From Heterodontus francisci (taxonomy: Eukaryota), in the NCBI RefSeq assembly GCF_036365525.1, contig NC_090404.1, positions 11,188,550 to 11,252,549 on the forward strand: a stretch of 64,000 bases of DNA, written 5' to 3'. Positions 51,455-62,431 of this stretch are shown here, piece by piece. The notes beneath the pieces were generated by a model. That model searched no databases and was not told the origin of the DNA. It worked only from the letters and a program-made list of their open reading frames with translations. The position numbers were made by a program, and so were the translations under genes. Position 1 is the stretch's first letter. Each line of letters opens with the position of its first letter.

Positions 51455-52600
51455 TTCCCCACTGTTGTTGATAGGACCCTCAACCGTGACCGGCCCATTT
51501 CCCATACCTCTGCCCTCAACCCTTCCCCTCCCTCCCAGGACCGTGACAGGGTTCCCCTTGTCCTCACTTTCCACCCCATCAGCCTCCATATCCAAAGGAT
51601 CATCCTCCACCATTTCCGCTACCTCCAGCGTGATGTCACTACCAAACGCATCTTCCCCTGTCAGCATTCCGAAGGGATCGTTCCCTCCGCGACACCCTGG
51701 TCCACTCCTGCACTACCCCAACACCCTTGTCCCCATCCCATGGCACCTTCCCCTGTAATACCTGCCCATTTACCTCCTCTCTCCTCACTATCCCAGGCCC
51801 CAAACATTCCTTTCAGGTGAAGCAGCGATTAACTTGTACTTCTTTCAATGCAGTATACTGTATTCGCTGCTCACAATGTGGTCTCCTCTACCTTGGAGAC
51901 CAAGCGCAGACTGGGTGACCGTTTTGCGGAACACCCCCGCCCGGTCCGCAAGCAGGACCCTGAGCTTCCGGTTGCTTGCCATTTCAACACTCCCCCCTGT
52001 TCTCATGCTCACATCTCTGTCCTGGGATTGCTGCAGTGTTCCAGTGAACATCAACTCAAGCTTGAGGAACAGCATCTCATCTACCGATTAGGCACACTAC
52101 AGCCTGCCGGACTGAACATTGAGTTCAATAATTTCAGAGCATGACAGCCCCCCACTTTACTTTCATTTTTAGTTGTTTTTTCTTTTTTCTTCTTTTTTTT
52201 TACATTTTTTACAACCCTTTTTTTTTGCATTTAATTCATTTCATCTTAGTTTGTTCAGTTTGCTTACCCACTGTTTTTTTTTTCATGTTTGCACTTGCTG
52301 CTGTTCAATATTCAGTCCGTTAACACCTATTCTGTACAAATACTTTGTCTTTCAACACACCATTAACATATTGTTTGCCTTTGCTCCATGACCTTTTGGT
52401 CAGCTATGTGGCCTTGTCCTATCTGCACCTTCTCCTTTGTTATCTCTTGCCCCACCCCCACCTCACTTGCTTATAACCTGTGACATTTTTAATATTTGTC
52501 AGTTCCGAAGAAGGGTCACTAACCCGAAATGTTAGCTCTGCTTCTCTTCCACAGATGCTGCCAGACCTGCTGAGTGGTTCCAGCATTTCGTGTTTTTATT
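51455..52600 (+). mobile_element. Penelope-like retroelement 3' part (GIY-YIG endonuclease plus pseudo-LTR with hammerhead-like motif at 52501-52537)
   Basis: VYCIRCSQCGLLYLG / ETKRRLGDRFAEH..HF..LEEQHLIYRLGTLQPAGLNIEF; related pLTR remnants at 3975-4090 and 53005-53185. Confidence 0.88.
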
Positions 52601-53486
52601 TCATCTTTCCTTCCCTTGTTTGTTCACTTTATATTTAGCGTGATGTCCCTATGCTCTCTGGTCACTATGGATTTATTGTACAAAACAAACAGAAGCGGGA
52701 ACTTCTAATTGTCCTTTAAATCCGACATCAATGTGGAAACTCCAGACCGGACAGGCGCGCCGCCTGGTGGTGACGTCTGCTAACTGCGTGTTTGCCAAAT
52801 TTAACAAACAATATACTCGCTCCCGAAATCATCTGCAATTTTTCGATTTGCTCTATTGTGGAGAAATGTTTACTGCAGGGATAAATTAATCCACCACTGA
52901 TGTGAATATTGTAGTAACTTCCATATCATTTATGTGATTTGACCTGACGCTAACTAAGAAAAAAACGCCAAAGTATTTTTTGCCAATTACGTTTAAAGTC
53001 GTATAATAAAATCAAAATACTGCGGATGCTGGAAATCTGAAATAAAAACAGAAAAGACAGAAGATACTCAACAGGTCCGGCAGCATCTGTGGACAGAGAA
53101 ACAGAGACCTGAACCGCTAACTGGGTTTCTCTCTCCACAGATGCTGCCACACCTGCCGAGTATTTCCAGCACATTCTGTTTTATTTTTTATATTTTCAAC
53201 TCGTTCTCGGGATGTTGCTGTCGCTTTAATTGGCCATCCCTACCTACCCCTGCTGACTATCTAAACCTCCTTAACTGAGATTTTAACCAATGCAACCCAT
53301 TATATTTTATGCATCCTGGTGAGTCACTGTTGGCGGGTAACCCCAGATACTTTGGAATTCGCACAAATGTTCCCATCTTCACCATTAACGTTATACAACA
53401 ATATTGCAATTCTTATTTTCTACTGTAAATGGAGGCTCGAGAGGGTGAGGATGGAAGTGCTGAACTCGATGATTGAGAAGTATTCG

Positions 53487-54044
53487 AGTTATTGAACAGG
53501 ATGAGCCACCGTTTGCCACAATGTACATCTTCCCACAGTAATATGGCCCGGTGTCCGGAAATGTTATAACTTTTCTTTCTGTCAAGAAAAATTCTGAACC
53601 TTCCGTTCATGTCGGTTATTATGCCCTGATAGACGGAGATTATAAATTTCTACGCCCGGTCCGGTAACTGTCGTAGTCCAAACATTGTGTCTGGTGGTGT
53701 TATCGCACCGGATTTGAACCGCTTGTCCCTATCACCGCCGTCACCAGATCGGTTTGGGACATCCCGTCCTCTCCACGGACCCCTGTTAATAGAAGACAAA
53801 CATGGAAAACTCGCAATTGCTTTAATTTCCTACCCAGCCGTCTTAATTCAGAATAGCCTCATGAGAATAAAACGGTGAATGTCCCATTTGGATGTCTTGT
53901 ATTTGAGGATATTGATTTTGAAACCACAATAATATCAATTGTCTCAGAATCCGCCAGCATCGTTGAATAAGTAGCTTTACCTTGTTTAATTTGCCAGCGC
54001 CTGACGCCAGCGCCGCCACCAGTTAGAGCTTTGTTCTTCAGCAT
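53487..54044 (-). pseudogene. TCR V pseudogene V3 (leader 53981-54044; V exon 53526-53782)
   Basis: AG|GG VRGEDGMSQTDLVTAV/QAVQIRC..VW/RQLPDRA*KFIISVY..NGRFRIFLDRKKS/DTGPYYCGKM with frameshifts and a stop; RSS TACATTG(53519-25)-23-TCAATAACT. Confidence 0.8.
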
Positions 54045-55436
54045 CCAATAGTCAGACAGCTCACATATTTCTCACCGACACGCCCGATATTCGGGCTGTT
54101 GGACATTGTAAACGTCAAAAGTTATTGGTGTCTATTCACTCTGGCAGGGTAGTCAGTTCCTCGCCATGTGTCAGCAGCCAACCTTTCAGCCTCTTGGACT
54201 CTGTGTTGAAATCTGATGCAGACAAAGTGGACAGAGGCCTCCTTTCCTGGTGGGGCTGACTAGAGTGAGCAGTGTGTCGGATCGTTTGCCTTATAAGGCA
54301 ATTGGGCGACCGAATACAGAGAGAAATGAGCATTAGCCGTCCCTTCGAATTGATTCACCCACTCGAGAGAAAAAATGCAATTGTTTGTAGCAAATGAAAC
54401 ATAATGTAGAAACGTGAAAAAGATTGTACAAAAATAGTGATAATGAAGAACATACAAAACTGTTGAGTGGTGTTGCAATAGCTACGGATGAATTTGAAAG
54501 AGCGGCGAGAGTCTGGAGGCCTCAAATTTACAGGGAATGCAGTGGAGAACACGTGGGATACTCGCCAGAATCAGGGGTCTCTTTGCAGGGGATGTTCACA
54601 TTGACAGTGTCACGGGATATAATGTCTGTTCACGCTGTTTGTAGCATTGATCTGTACAGTAAACAAACAGCACATGTGGGAGGAAATTACATCAAGAATA
54701 ATGTACATATTGAAAATGATACAACTGCACTTCTCTGAAAGAACCGTGCTACTGCCAGGCTTGAAAAAGGATTTGAAGCGTTATTATTTAGCTGCAAATA
54801 CCTTCACCACTCAGTTGTGGTTAAACTATGAGGGTGAAAGCAGATGTTGGATGACATAGATAAATCTCAACTAATTGCGAATTCTAATTCTCAATGGCAA
54901 ATGTTTTTATTTCGAAACTGTCAACATGACGTGACTAGCTCATTTGCAGTCAAGTAATATGTGAAATTATTATAGTGTTAGTGAAGGTATAACATTAATT
55001 AATACAAATCCAGGAGTTAAGATCAAGTTCTTGTTAATTTATATAAAAAGCAATGTTAGTCAGTATTCATTGAGTTAACAATGGTGGTGGGACACAGCGG
55101 CCTGTCAGCGCCATCTGGTGACAGGATTTAAAGAATCCTCTTTGAGCGGATCTCACCGACACTGTTCACTATTTGTGTTCTCTCTGTTTCCATTTCCGGG
55201 TTTGATTCAGGGTGACGCGCTGATGCTCTGACGCATGAATTTTCGTCCCACCCTCCATCACTGCTGAGCCTGAAGCTCCCTCCTCCTTCACTTTGTGATC
55301 ACAAGTCCCAGAGACCCGCGGGCACAGTGTCCTGGCGTTGGGTTCACTTTGACACAAAACAGCGCTGCCTTCTCCAGGAGCCTCTCTCCGCCTGGATCTG
55401 CCGACAGTTACTTTACACAAGTGGATAGGATCCAAC

Positions 55437-55916
55437 ATGAAGCTGAGCTTCACTTTAGTTATTATCTCCCTGGATTTCTTACTCTGCCCTCTGCGTGAGT
55501 GTGGTTAATATTGTCAGGAATATTTTACCCTTCATATATATATATAATATTGTATTCTGTTCTGTTGTATTTTATTGTGCTATGTTATTTTGCATTGTGT
55601 TGTGTCATATGAATTATGTATTATATCTGCATATTCTTCTCAGATGCCGCTGGTAATGAAGAGGTATCACAGTCTCCTGAGTCAGTGGTTGTTACCGAGG
55701 GAGACACTGCATCGTTGAACTGTTCCACCACAGTAGCAGGACGGATCCTACAATGGTACAGACAATACCCGGATAGAACCATGCAGCACCTGGCGAGCGG
55801 TAGCAGTGATCAGGACAGGATCACTGCTCGGTTTATTTCAGCAGAGAAGCGCAGTTCTCTGACTGTGAGGGGTGCTCGAGTGACAGACACCGCCACCTAT
55901 TTTTGTGCAGTGGAGG
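55437..55916 (+). CDS. TRAV: TCR alpha/delta-type V gene V4, apparently functional (leader 55437-55494; V exon 55644-55916)
   Basis: Leader MKLSFTLVIISLDFLLCPL, phase-1 GT-AG intron; VSQSPESVVVTEGDTASLNC..WYRQ..DTATYFCAVE; alpha versus delta assignment not certain. Confidence 0.9.
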
Positions 55917-55955
55917 CACAGTGTAGCAAAGATCAGCAGGGATCGTACAAAAACC
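55917..55955 (+). promoter_or_regulatory. 23-RSS of V4 (perfect consensus)
   Basis: CACAGTG-23 bp-ACAAAAACC. Confidence 0.95.
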
Positions 55956-56516
55956 TGCCGGGGTCTGGTCCTGACCCCGTGTAGCCTGTGCAGTTAACAG
56001 AGCACCGGCAGTTTTATAACACATCTTATTTTGCGTCGAACTCTAAACCAGACTCCATGCATTCCCTGTATTCCTTACTCATAATAATAATCGTGCTGCT
56101 GTGTTTAAATGGTCACTGTCTGTCTCATGCGTCACATTCAATACCAAGCATAGACACATATTGTGTTTTGTTACAGAACGAATGATGCAGACTCTGTTCC
56201 AGGACCGTCTGAGTCAACAGTTGCGAAAAAACAGACTGTAATGCCCGGCTACAGTTATCCCACATCTGATCGCTTACTTTACCTCTATCGGTGCATAAAT
56301 ATTCCGGCAAAGTTCTAAGATATTTATTGAACCGGTATAACTGGGGGCATGGAGATAACTCCCAAGATTTCCCAGACTAGTTCTCTGTTGATTGAGTCAA
56401 GGACAAAGAAGCAAATATAACTGTTCGAATTAAATCTGACAGTGTTTGTTCTCCATGGACCTGGCATCAAACTAGCCCTTAAACTAGCACTTAACGGAGC
56501 TGAAAATAGTCGCTGA

Positions 56517-56555
56517 GGTTTGTGTACGGGGTCATGGCTTTTATCTGACGCTGTG
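56517..56555 (-). promoter_or_regulatory. 23-RSS of V5
   Basis: CACAGCG-23 bp-ACACAAACC. Confidence 0.9.
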
Positions 56556-57056
56556 CCTCACTGCACAGTAATAGACCGCTCCGTCCTCCACACTCAGGCT
56601 GCTTATATTGAGGTAACCGTTCTTTTTAGACTTGTCAGCAGCCGCCAGATATCGCCCTGAGATTTCGTTTTCCTTAATTGCTACTAGTTTGCTAATAATC
56701 CAGCTTGGAGGCTGTGCAGGTTTCTGCCAATACCATTGCATACTTTCAATAACCTGAGCTGTATATTCGCAATCTAACTGCACCGAACCGCCTTCTGACA
56801 CGGTCATTGTCACCGGAGATTGAGTTACTGGATCTGCACATAGTCCACCTGTGAAGGAAGAGGAATATAAAACAGCAGGTTAAACAGAATCGATCTAAAC
56901 TTGCGTCTATCTGTATAAGTATGTGTAACCTTTCATCTCCCCAGCTAATTACATTCAATCCCAGTGCAAACTCTTTGCATCAATCTGCTAACCTGCCTTG
57001 ATTATTCTAATCCAGTACTTACTGTCCAACACAGCCGTCAGTATTATCAGAAGCAT
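56556..57056 (-). CDS. TRAV: TCR alpha/delta-type V gene V5, apparently functional (leader 57023-57056; V exon 56556-56848)
   Basis: Leader MLLIILTAVLD|SGLCA; DPVTQSPVTMTVSEGGSVQLDCEY..WYWQKP..DGAVYYCAVR. Confidence 0.9.
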
Positions 57057-58309
57057 GTCTGACTGAATCCCTCGCAGTGAATTGGAATGGAATGAGCCAG
57101 AGATTGAGAAGGGGAGAGAGGTAACCTGGGACCTGTTGAACTCACACACTGCAGGGGGCGGCCCCATTGTGACCTCACTCAGGCAGCGATCCCGATTGGC
57201 TTTTGGCGCTGGCATCACGTGACTTCGTAATTTCCCCATGTTTGAGTTTGCGCCCTCTATTGGCGGATTCTGTTCAATACGGTTTAGAATGGGGCCATTC
57301 TAGGATTTGAGGTTCATTGATTTACGTATCAAAACAGATATCAGACATTGCCTCCCAGAAACCTAAATTGCAGCTGATTAGACCCAATATTAACCACAAA
57401 GTAAAAATGGTTGTTTAAGACATCAGCAAGAATTCTGTGTCTACTTCTGGGCACCACGAATTTGAAAAAAAGGTCAAGACATTGGAGAAGATGTGGCGGA
57501 CATACACCAGAATGGTACCAGGCACGAAGGACTTTTATGGGAACAGACAAAAGACACAGAGATTGTCCTCCTTATATCAAAGTTCAAGGAGAAACTTATT
57601 TGAATTTCTCAGAACTATAAGTGGTTTTGATCGAGTAGATCACACGAAACTGTTTCCCTTAGCAGAAAATTCGATAATCCAAGCACCCAGATTTAAGAGA
57701 ACTGATAAAAAGACAGGGAGCAATGAGATTTATTTCTTACACTGGGTTTAATTAAAATCTAGAATGCACGGCCTAAAAGGGAGGTGGAAAACGATTCAAT
57801 AGTAACTTTCAAAAGGGAACTGTACATGACATGAAAAAGAAAAAAATGCGGCCTTTGTGGGAAATGTGGGGAGTGAAAGATGAATTGGAGAGTTCTTTCA
57901 AACAAGCACAGGTACGATAGGCCGTATGGCCTCATTCCGTGCTCTAAGCTTCTATTATTCCAGTCCCTTCATGCCCTTCCCACTATGTTTGTTGCCTGTC
58001 AATTGAACACTGAGCAGGTGCCAGATGGCCACAGAATTCTGGAGATTCAACCGTCGCTATTTCCGCTCCATCAGTTCCGATTGCAGCTGAGTGTCGCCGC
58101 ACACTTCGCACAATTTTGAGTCAGCGGTATCCCCGCCCACAGCTTCCATTTGCTGCTCTCACTCTGACCCAATTGTGTTATTGGAGGGATTGCTGCCGCT
58201 GGTCAATTCTTGTCATTGGTTGGATCAGCAGTGCAGTGGGACGGGGATCTGTATTTCTGCTCCACCAGAGAATTTCCAGCACTGCAGAGATACAGATTCA
58301 GGAAGTATC

Positions 58310-58808
58310 ATGGGGAACTGTCTCTCACCGCTTCTCATCATTATATCACTTCTCAGTAAGTATCTCCTTCCCAGTAAAAGTCCATTCTCTCCCAGACTGC
58401 TGTAACCCAGATGTTATCGTTGGTACAATAATAGATGGTGATGACTTTTATGTTAATCAATATGAGACCAATTCTGATTGGTGATATTACTATTTTTATG
58501 TTAGAATGGAGCCACCAAGACACAGTAGAACAGACGGTTGCTGAAATAACGGTTGAAGAGGGATGTAACGTCACACTAACCTGCACCTTGAAAACAAGTG
58601 ATTCCAACCCTTATGTGTACTGGTACAGTCAGCACCCCGAACAGCCTCCACACTACATGCTTCATGTTATTGGAGGGGATATATACAGGAACACCGACAT
58701 CACTGTTCGGTTCTCGGCTACGTTCAATAAAACTGACAAGATTACCGAACTAACAATCAGCAATGCCCTGATCTCAGACACTGCTGTGTATTTCTGTGCC
58801 ATGGAGCC
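58310..58808 (+). CDS. TCR alpha/delta-type V gene V6, open frame (leader 58310-58355; V exon 58505-58808)
   Basis: Leader MGNCLSPLLIIISLL; DTVEQ..EEGCNVTLTC..YVYWYSQHP..RFSATF..LTISNALISDTAVYFCAME. Confidence 0.9.
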
Positions 58809-58848
58809 CACACTGCTGCAGAGATAAGGCGGATCCCGTACAAAAACC
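58809..58848 (+). promoter_or_regulatory. RSS of V6 with 24-bp spacer
   Basis: CACACTG-24 bp-ACAAAAACC. Confidence 0.85.
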
Positions 58849-58871
58849 ACACTGAGCTTTCTACTTACCGC

Positions 58872-58885
58872 TCAGCAGAGGGCGC
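58872..58885 (+). promoter_or_regulatory. CTCF-type motif just 3' of the V6 RSS (others at 52757-70, 55108-21, 57148-61, 57250-63, 59792-805, 61955-68, 62394-407)
   Basis: TCAGCAGAGGGCGC versus core CCASYAGRKGGCRS. Confidence 0.65.
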
Positions 58886-60242
58886 TCTCACGCCGATAAA
58901 CAGAGGCAGTAACTCAGCGTCTGCAGTGAGAATCAGGGAGATTCTTAAAACTGCAACAAAGCACAACCCTCAACAACAGGCGAGATCTACATGCGCAATT
59001 ATCTCACTTTGTGACTGTAAATTGCATTCATCATAAAAATGAGCTTTAAAAATCGATGACTGCTGCCTTTATTCACCTTTTGTCTTTCGATGCCCTTTCC
59101 CGACCTACTTATTCCTTATCACAGCCTGTTTCCACTCCTGACCCAGCATTGTGTGCATTTCCTTCTTCCTGTGTTTGGTTTACAGATATAACACTCTGCT
59201 AAATCTCCGGAGGTTTATTCAGAACCACTCCGGCCCAGCTGCCCATAGATTCAACGCTGGCTTAAACCGACTTCACTCATGGAGATTTTGCTTATTATTG
59301 CATAACATAATAATCCTGAAAGTCCGGTCCCGAGCCTGCATTCGCCCACTACGTCATGAATGTGAAAGTGCCGCAGCTCCTATAGAAAGGCAAAGTTGTA
59401 TAATTTTCGAAAGAGACAACATTGTTTAATTCCGTTCCTTACAAGTGGCTACTCCAAGTGACAGCACTGCCTGCGGCAGCCCCGCCCACAGTTTCCATTG
59501 CTGCTGTCTCTCTGACCCGCCGCCCATACCCTGTGCAGTTGGAGATATTGCTACTGTTGTTCCCTGTCTGACCCTTGACATTCCCGGTCTCCACTTTTCC
59601 CCCATAATCGTTTAAACTTCCCTTTTCCGGTCTTCAGTTTAGCAACATAAATTATTCGCTTTTGCTCGGCGTATTACTCGAGAACTGCTGCAGCTCAGCT
59701 TCCTATGAGCATGCACTGTCACGTAAGGACACTCAATAAACAAGAGCGTCTCACACCCTGTCCACCGACATCTGAATGTTTCTTAGAATATTCACCAGGG
59801 GGCAGCAGATCACCGTATTCGCGATGTTTCCATTCACTGACATCCAGCTCACCACGTACTGGTCTCACAGCACCACTGGGGACACTAGGAAGTGAGGTGA
59901 AAGAATCCTGAGACTCGACAGCAGATTATTGAGGGTGGGGATTAGAACTGGTCTCTTCACGTATGTTTCTGTGCTGGATCTGCCTCTCTGATTGGATTCT
60001 GCAGTTTGTTTTCTCGGCCTTTCCTGGAAACAGTTATCGAGTCATAGAGAGATACAGCACTGAAACAGGCCCGTCGGCCTGACCAACAACCAACCATGGG
60101 TGGCAGTTTGATCCGAGGTTAATTTGGTTTCCTCCCAGTGTGTGTTTGAGCGCCTGACAGCGCGCTGCACATTGTGGCTGCATCTGCCCGCGATTCTACA
60201 AAACCCCAAACAGACAGGAGCTCACACCCACAGTCCCAAGAC

Positions 60243-60281
60243 AGTTTTTGTACAGGGGTGAGACTGCTTTCCATCACTGTG
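60243..60281 (-). promoter_or_regulatory. 23-RSS of V7
   Basis: CACAGTG-23 bp-ACAAAAACT. Confidence 0.93.
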
Positions 60282-60746
60282 AGTCTGAGAGCGCAGTAAT
60301 ACACGGCAGCATCAGTCAGCTGCAGACTCGAGATGGTTAAACTGGTGAATTTAGTCGCGGTTTGGAGCTCAGCAGTGAAACGGGTTTTAGCAAAATCTGC
60401 TTCGCCTTCACCAGTAATTGAATGTTTCCACAGTATAAACTCGGGCTGTGTATCTGGGTGTTGCCGGTACCAGTATAAGCTATAGCTGCTCATTGTGGCA
60501 TCATAGGTGCAGTTGAAAGTCGCCGCTTCTCCTTGTGTCTTAACAACTGAGGACAGGAGCTGAATGATAGAATCTCCATTAATAAAATCTGAAAAACATG
60601 TTTTAACAGGAAAAGTTCAAACCAAGGCTGTTTAAAATTCAGAGTTAAAACATGTTTGTGAAATGAGAGAAAAGATTAAATGTGTTTTGTCCACAATTAC
60701 CTGTCAAAAATGCTCCCCACACAACACAGATGCTGAGTAGCTGCAT
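60282..60746 (-). CDS. TRDV: TCR delta/alpha-type V gene V7, apparently functional (leader 60701-60746; V exon 60282-60588)
   Basis: Leader MQLLSICVVWGAFLT; DSIIQLLSSVVKTQGEAATFNCTY..YSLYWYRQHPDTQPEFIL..RFTAEL..SLTISSLQLTDAAVYYCALR; delta assignment tentative. Confidence 0.9.
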
Positions 60747-62431
60747 TGTCGCTGTCCACTCTGTAAAAGGGGAGTTGGATATTTGAAGACACCCGTTCTA
60801 ATCCCCACCCTCAATAATCTGCTGTCATGTCTCAGGATTCTCTCACCTCACTTCCTTGTGTCTCCAGTGGTGCTGTGGGAGCGGCAGGCGGTAAACTGGC
60901 TTCCGGTGAATGGAATCACCCGAGCTGGGCGACTGTGTCACTGTCCTTATATGGGGAATGGTTCCGCTGTTAGAGACGTGGGGCGGGGACTGAAACTCTT
61001 GTCTGGTTATTGTAACCAGAAACATGGGATTGTTACTGGATTTGGATCATTCTGGCGTTAATTCTTCTTCTCTAATTCCAGCATCTTCACTATCAGCAGA
61101 CTGGTAACTGTGACTCGAGTGAGATTTCCCTCACCAATCAATTAACTTGTGAATTAACAATGATTACTTATTTTATCAGAGTGATTTATAGATCTCTCAC
61201 ATTAAAACGATGATCTCTGCTTGTTACTGAACAAACAACTGAACAGACATAAAAAGAATAAACTCTCACTCTTATTTGAAAAGTGTTTCCAGCACTGTGG
61301 TTTACATTTAACATGATGCTTGCATCCTTCTTCTTGAATTCCAACACTATTTTTGTTCGTAATTGTTAAATATATCATTCATAATCTTCAGACTTTGGAT
61401 TTGCGATGAACGACAATAGAGGGAACGGCGCATTGGTGTTTTTAAGCAATTCGCCGCTCATCGGTTGAAAGTGGCGGTAGGAGAGCGCGGGGAATGGGTT
61501 CAAAGCCTTCAAGATGAGGTGTAGGGGAGTTCTCATTAACAAGAACCCAACACCAGCAGGACACGAAAAACTGTTGTCACGACTTTCACCCAGAATATAA
61601 AAAGGAGTGGAGCAGAAAAAGAAACTAAATACAGGTGGTTTCGCTTGCTCTTTCCCTCCTTTAACATTGATCTCCACTAAGGGTACAGCGAGTGATTTCA
61701 GAAATCAAAAACAGGGTCGCTGTCATTGACAGTTCAATATTCTTTTCCCCCATCTTCCACACTTTCCACTCACTTGTCCTGCCCACTGGTTAGTGTCAAT
61801 CCTTCGATACGTGGATGCATCTTTGTGAGGATTATTGTCCGATGTAGCTTCCCAACTCATTGAGTAAAATTGATTTCAACTATTAAACTTCTTGGAGAAA
61901 CCGAAATCACCTCGCTGCCCGGGGTCTGATCCAAAAAGGGAACATTATTTTCTGCCGCCCTCTGGCGGCTATACTGAGAAGTGGTCCGATGGCAGTGAAC
62001 AGGGTGCCTGATCTGGCAGCTCCTGTTTATAGAAAGCTGGATCGGAGTGGTTCTGAATTTATATGCCGAGCAGAAACAAAGGTTTTTAAACTAATAAACT
62101 GAAGACTGGAAGAAGGAAATGTGTTCAGATATGGGTAAAGAATGGATACAGACGATAATGAGGAGCAAGGAGACAGCGAAAGAGCGCAGAAAAACAAAAA
62201 TGGTGTTAAGGCATCACAGATTGAAAATAAAGTTAATTTTTCGTGTAAATGCGCGTTGTAATCTCAAACTTATATAACTATACAAGTGGACATCGGTTGC
62301 TCTTGCTGATTGTTGTGTTTTATTGCAATCTTAAGAAGGTCCCTGTGACTCACAGAGGAGGCTGAATTATTGCTTCTGTTTATCGGTGTGAGGGCGCCCT
62401 CTGGTGAGCTCTAACTGGAGTTCTCAGTGTG

